Source: an uncultured Gammaproteobacteria bacterium
Lineage (GTDB): Bacteria > Patescibacteriota > Microgenomatia > UBA10105 > UBA927
Length of the DNA: 64,000 nucleotides
Assembly (NCBI GenBank): GCA_964385705.1
Contig: CAYLQG010000001.1
Coordinates: 831-64,830 of the forward strand
Direction of reading: 5' to 3'
Shown here: piece by piece, positions 60,380 through 64,000 of the stretch
Layout: each line of letters starts with the position of its first letter
Numbering within the stretch: position 1 is the stretch's first letter
The notes under the pieces: model-generated
The model's input: only the letters and a program-made list of their open reading frames with translations
The model's database searches: none
What the model was told of the DNA's origin: nothing
Translations under genes and position numbers: made by a program

Positions 60380-61537
60380 ATGGGTATGAAAACACAATTG
60401 CACGTATCTGAATCGGTCACTGCCGGACATCCGGATAAAATTTGCGACCAAATTGCCGCGGAAATATTAGATCAGGCTATTATCGCCTGCCACCCTCTCC
60501 ATGTGCGGCCCCGCGTCGCAATCGAAGTATCGGCAAAGGGGAATAGGAGCGGCGGAACGCTTATGATATTCGGAGAAGTCACGCTCCCCAAAGGTATAAC
60601 ACTTCATTATGCGGACATTGCGCGTCGAACGATTGCAGAAATCGGCTATACCGATCCGAAAGCAGGATTTCACTCAAAATTAAGGGAATTAATTATCCGG
60701 ATCACAGAACAATCCGCCGATATCAACTGTGGAGTAACAAAAAAAAGAACCGGCGCCGGTGATCAGGGGCTCATGTTCGGTGGAGCGGTTGACGAAAATC
60801 CGCAATTTATGCCTATGCCGATTGTCATCGCACATGATCTTACCCTTGCATATACAAAAATGCAAAAAACAAAATTACCGTATTTACGTCCGGACGGAAA
60901 AGCTCAGGCGGTTATTCTTTATAAAAACGGAAAGCCTGTCGGTATCCATAAAATTATCATTGCCGCCTCTCACAAAGAAGGTGTTACATTAAAACAATTG
61001 CGAAGTGACGTCATACGGAATATTGTTACACCCTTACTGGAAATCCACGGATTTACCGTGACAAATCCGAAGGAGCAAATCATCGTTAACGGCGCAGGTC
61101 CCTGGACTATTTACGGTCCGCTTGCGGATGCCGGCACCACAAACCGGAAAATAATCGTTGACTCATATGGAGGCCGATTTGCTCATGGCGGCGGAGGATT
61201 CAACGGGAAAGATCCGACAAAAGTAGATTTAGCGGGAGCGGTAGGCGCAAGATTCGTCGCTAAACGGTTGATTGCTGAAGGTTTCGCGAAAAAAATCCAG
61301 ATAGAAGTAAGTTACGTCATAGGACTTCCCGACCCTCTCTCCATCAATATCGAGACATTTGATACGGAAACAAGGTCCAAAAAAATCATTCAGAAGCGCG
61401 CCCTCGAATTACTGGATCTTTCAGTTGATGGAATTATTGATGGGCTTCAATTATTTCAGCCGGTTTACCGATCAGCATCTGTGGGAGGATTCTTCGGGAG
61501 AAACATATTCCCATGGGAACAGTCGCATCGAAAATGA
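60380..61537 (+). CDS. metK: S-adenosylmethionine synthetase
   Basis: SESVTAGHPDKICDQ, GAGDQGLMFG, GGGGFNGKDPTKVD. The start may instead be the ATG at 60386. Confidence 0.9.
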   Translation: MGMKTQLHVSESVTAGHPDKICDQIAAEILDQAIIACHPLHVRPRVAIEVSAKGNRSGGTLMIFGEVTLPKGITLHYADIARRTIAEIGYTDPKAGFHSKLRELIIRITEQSADINCGVTKKRTGAGDQGLMFGGAVDENPQFMPMPIVIAHDLTLAYTKMQKTKLPYLRPDGKAQAVILYKNGKPVGIHKIIIAASHKEGVTLKQLRSDVIRNIVTPLLEIHGFTVTNPKEQIIVNGAGPWTIYGPLADAGTTNRKIIVDSYGGRFAHGGGGFNGKDPTKVDLAGAVGARFVAKRLIAEGFAKKIQIEVSYVIGLPDPLSINIETFDTETRSKKIIQKRALELLDLSVDGIIDGLQLFQPVYRSASVGGFFGRNIFPWEQSHRK

Positions 61538-61706
61538 GTGGGTGGCAACCGCGAGGGACCCAACGATCCCGCAGTTCGCAATGAATGCTTCAATATCGCC
61601 GAATATAACCGGAAGGTAATCATGTGGTCAAGAGATTTGATAAACACCGTAAGCCAGATGAAGAACGAGGAAATCGTTGGGATTCACGGTTGCCAGGACC
61701 CACCAA

Positions 61707-62780
61707 TTATTCTTGGGTGTTACCGTCAGTCAATTCTAAATTCTTAATCGTCGGTAAAGCTGGGCCTGCTATCCCCTGCATACTTCCGTAAATACCGGCA
61801 ACACCGCTTAATAATCGTGTCACCTGAGCTTCACGTTGTTTCCAATTCCGTTCGTATGCTGTCCGTTCTTTTGTAATTTGTACCTGCATCTCGTTATATG
61901 TCTCGATCATCGATTCCACCTGCTGGGCAAATTCATGGCTCGTGATATACCCGTACAATTCCTCTGCTTTTGACTGTTTGTTTTCACTTATCATCCGCTG
62001 GCGAGCCGCATCAAGGAGCGTCTTCCGGAGAAGCATGGCTAAGGGAATAGCCAGTTGCGTACGAGCCACCCACACCCCGTCCTTCAACCCGATTCCCGTT
62101 TTAATTTCCTCAGGGAGCACATCGGAAATTATTGCAGGGATGTTTGATTTGTCATTTCGCAAATCTTCCTTAAGTTTCGTAATCCACCCGTCGCTCCACG
62201 CTTTCGTCCGTTTCGATTCCCAGAGAATTCGCCCGCAATCCATTCCCCGCGGGCTCCTGACGATCTGGCGGATATCGGCGCCGAGTACTCCCTTACCGAT
62301 CGGCTCAATTGTGTCGCCCGGGAATTCCCGTTTGAATGTATTCTCAAGATCCAACTCCTGTACTTCACCTTGGAGCTGCTGCGATCCCTGGGTCGCTTTC
62401 CTCTGCGCATCTTCAAGCGACTTCTTGAGATCTTCGATGACTTTGTCTTTTTCCTTTTCCTTGAGCCTTTGGGATTCCGACGCTTCCTCGAGTGTTTTTT
62501 GCCGGATCTTTTCGCGCTCACTATCGAGCTGCCGCTGCTTATCCAGTTCAAATGTCCGTTTTTCCTCATCAAGTTTATTTTTTTGTTTCCGGAGCTCAAG
62601 TTCGGTATTCTGCGCCGCCTCCAATTTTATCTTCATCTCTTCGAGTTCTTCGGCGTGCTTTTCACTGAGCTCTTCCAGTTTCTTATCCTTGATCTGATGC
62701 GTGAGAGCGTCAGAGAGTTCAATCGATTTTTTGCAGTATGGACATGTGATTGTTGTTTGCATATTGAGGCTGTTAGTCAA
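61707..62780 (-). CDS. DUF2130-like protein (N-terminal Zn-ribbon CPYCKK, long coiled coil, conserved C-terminal domain)
   Basis: Architecture matches DUF2130. Confidence 0.45.
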   Translation of the reverse strand: MTNSLNMQTTITCPYCKKSIELSDALTHQIKDKKLEELSEKHAEELEEMKIKLEAAQNTELELRKQKNKLDEEKRTFELDKQRQLDSEREKIRQKTLEEASESQRLKEKEKDKVIEDLKKSLEDAQRKATQGSQQLQGEVQELDLENTFKREFPGDTIEPIGKGVLGADIRQIVRSPRGMDCGRILWESKRTKAWSDGWITKLKEDLRNDKSNIPAIISDVLPEEIKTGIGLKDGVWVARTQLAIPLAMLLRKTLLDAARQRMISENKQSKAEELYGYITSHEFAQQVESMIETYNEMQVQITKERTAYERNWKQREAQVTRLLSGVAGIYGSMQGIAGPALPTIKNLELTDGNTQE

Positions 62781-62847
62781 TAGATTCTAATATGATTTAT
62801 GAATAAATACAAACAGTCAAAATTCCGAGGGCAATTGATGGAACACA

Positions 62848-63474
62848 TTATCCTTCCTGCATCACATACTGGTGAAGTGATTTCCGTATTGCCTTATAAT
62901 CCGGAATCATGCGCGCGACAAGCCGCCAAAACCGTTCGGAATGATTATGCTCCTTGAGGTGGCAGAGTTCGTGGACGATAACGTAATCAATGGACCGCGG
63001 CGGCAGGTACATGAGTTTATAGTTAAATTGCAAATTGCCGCTCCGCGTACAACTCCCCCACAGGGATGTTTGGTTCCTGACGCTTACCCGGTGATATGTA
63101 TGTTTGTAGAGAGAGTTAAAAAATTGTAAACGCGTCGTAATGAGGCTCAAGACCTTTTGCTTGTTCGCTTCGTATTCACGCTTGGAGTGTTTAATAATGA
63201 TTTTCCCTTCCATTTTTGAAACTTTTTCAAGCTGCCGTAAAATCCACGAGGATTTCTGCCGAAGGAACCCCTCAATAAACCGTTCGTGCCACCGCGACGG
63301 GATGGTGACGATAAGTCCCTCGGTGATGCCGACGGTGAGCCGCATATACCGCGCCCTGTTGCTCACACGGATCGTGTAGGAAACTTTTTTCCCGCCTAAC
63401 AAAATTTCCCGCTTCATCTGGTTATGATACAACATGAAAGAGGAATTTGTCTTTTTTTGTAAGATACAAGACAT
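62848..63474 (-). CDS. YgjP/DUF45-family (M48-like, SprT/WLM-type) zinc metallohydrolase
   Basis: HELCHLKEHNHSERFW (HExxH + downstream H) and a WGSC motif. Confidence 0.7.
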   Translation of the reverse strand: MSCILQKKTNSSFMLYHNQMKREILLGGKKVSYTIRVSNRARYMRLTVGITEGLIVTIPSRWHERFIEGFLRQKSSWILRQLEKVSKMEGKIIIKHSKREYEANKQKVLSLITTRLQFFNSLYKHTYHRVSVRNQTSLWGSCTRSGNLQFNYKLMYLPPRSIDYVIVHELCHLKEHNHSERFWRLVARMIPDYKAIRKSLHQYVMQEG

Positions 63475-63575
63475 ATAAATTGACTAGAAGCAATTTCTTT
63501 CTTCGACTCAATCCCCGCTTCAGATGGCTAGAAGACAACTAAGTGGTAGAAATACAAATAAATCACCGTCGCGCA

Positions 63576-63998
63576 TTATTCAAGCAACTTTTTAACAGCT
63601 CGATGGATAGATCCTCCAAACACTCGTGTACGTTCCGGATTATCTCTATCCACCATGATTTCATCCTCCTGAAGGAGACCGAGAAGGACAGCGCCGTCTA
63701 TTGCTATTGCTGCCTGATACCCTATTCCCAGACTTTCACCTGAAAGATAACCGGGTTTGAAACGGCTAAGAGCCGGGCAGAGTACGAACGTTGTCGTTAG
63801 TAAATCATGTACTTCAGAATAATCCAAAGGATCGGTTTCATAAGTTAAAAAATCGTCTTGTAAGGGGTGTACCGAGGGAGCCAGTTGAGGTGGAATATTT
63901 TGGATATCTACACCAGCGGATTTCATGGATTGAACTAATCCCCCTTTCCACTCCTCCTGTTCGAACATTCCCGAATCAGGCGGCTCATAAAAGAACAA
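63576..63998 (-). CDS. hypothetical protein; probably truncated at window end
   Basis: The ORF reaches to within 2 nt of the window edge. Confidence 0.35.
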   Translation of the reverse strand: MFFYEPPDSGMFEQEEWKGGLVQSMKSAGVDIQNIPPQLAPSVHPLQDDFLTYETDPLDYSEVHDLLTTTFVLCPALSRFKPGYLSGESLGIGYQAAIAIDGAVLLGLLQEDEIMVDRDNPERTRVFGGSIHRAVKKLLE

Positions 63999-64000
63999 TC

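Noticed and set aside
61942-62697. 251-aa Ser-rich ORF on the + strand
   Set aside because: It lies entirely antisense to the DUF2130 gene and is a low-complexity translation of the complement of a Glu/Lys-rich coiled-coil coding region. I judge it a non-coding shadow ORF.
63576-63998. RNase III / YqgF-like assignment for the last ORF (GESLGIGYQAAIAIDGAVLLGL)
   Set aside because: The motif does not match the ERLEFLGD signature and the gene is truncated by the window edge.
1-64000. CRISPR array or cas operon near the Cas4-like nuclease
   Set aside because: There are no regularly spaced direct repeats anywhere in the window. The nuclease is treated as an orphan.

Overview
A 64-kb window from what looks like a small-genome bacterium, probably Candidate Phyla Radiation (Patescibacteria). 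The lineage call rests on the absence of L30, a type-Z S14, CSLREA-type giant surface proteins and compact overlapping genes. The minus strand carries rpoB-rpoC-rpsL-rpsG (53.5-45.4 kb) and, much further on, fusA (18.8-16.7 kb), two unknown genes, tuf, and the full S10/spc/alpha-type ribosomal cluster (rpsJ to secY-adk, an extra P-loop kinase, map; 11.7 kb to 1). About 26.6 kb of accessory genes sit between rpsG and fusA. These are tandem giant secreted beta-helix proteins; a TPP-riboswitch-controlled YkoF/ThiXYZ thiamine-precursor transporter; methyltransferases and hydrolases; and an EamA exporter and flavodoxins. An APH-like kinase islet flanked by 21-nt direct repeats, a CvpA-CAP fusion and an AbrB-PhoU regulator complete the block. 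Upstream of rpoB lie an orphan Cas4-like PD-(D/E)xK nuclease, a 152-bp inverted-repeat element, a GNAT-HDAC-Pat protein-acetylation module, a SAM-I riboswitch leading into metK, and a DUF2130/YgjP pair. No rRNA, tRNA or CRISPR array was found. The most unusual signals are as follows. A GTTCAT-type repeat sits in two anomalous intergenic gaps of the S10 operon and again in the rpoB leader. A promoter-plus-terminator leader lies inside a 274-nt rpsJ-rplC gap. A two-gene unknown insertion separates fusA from tuf.
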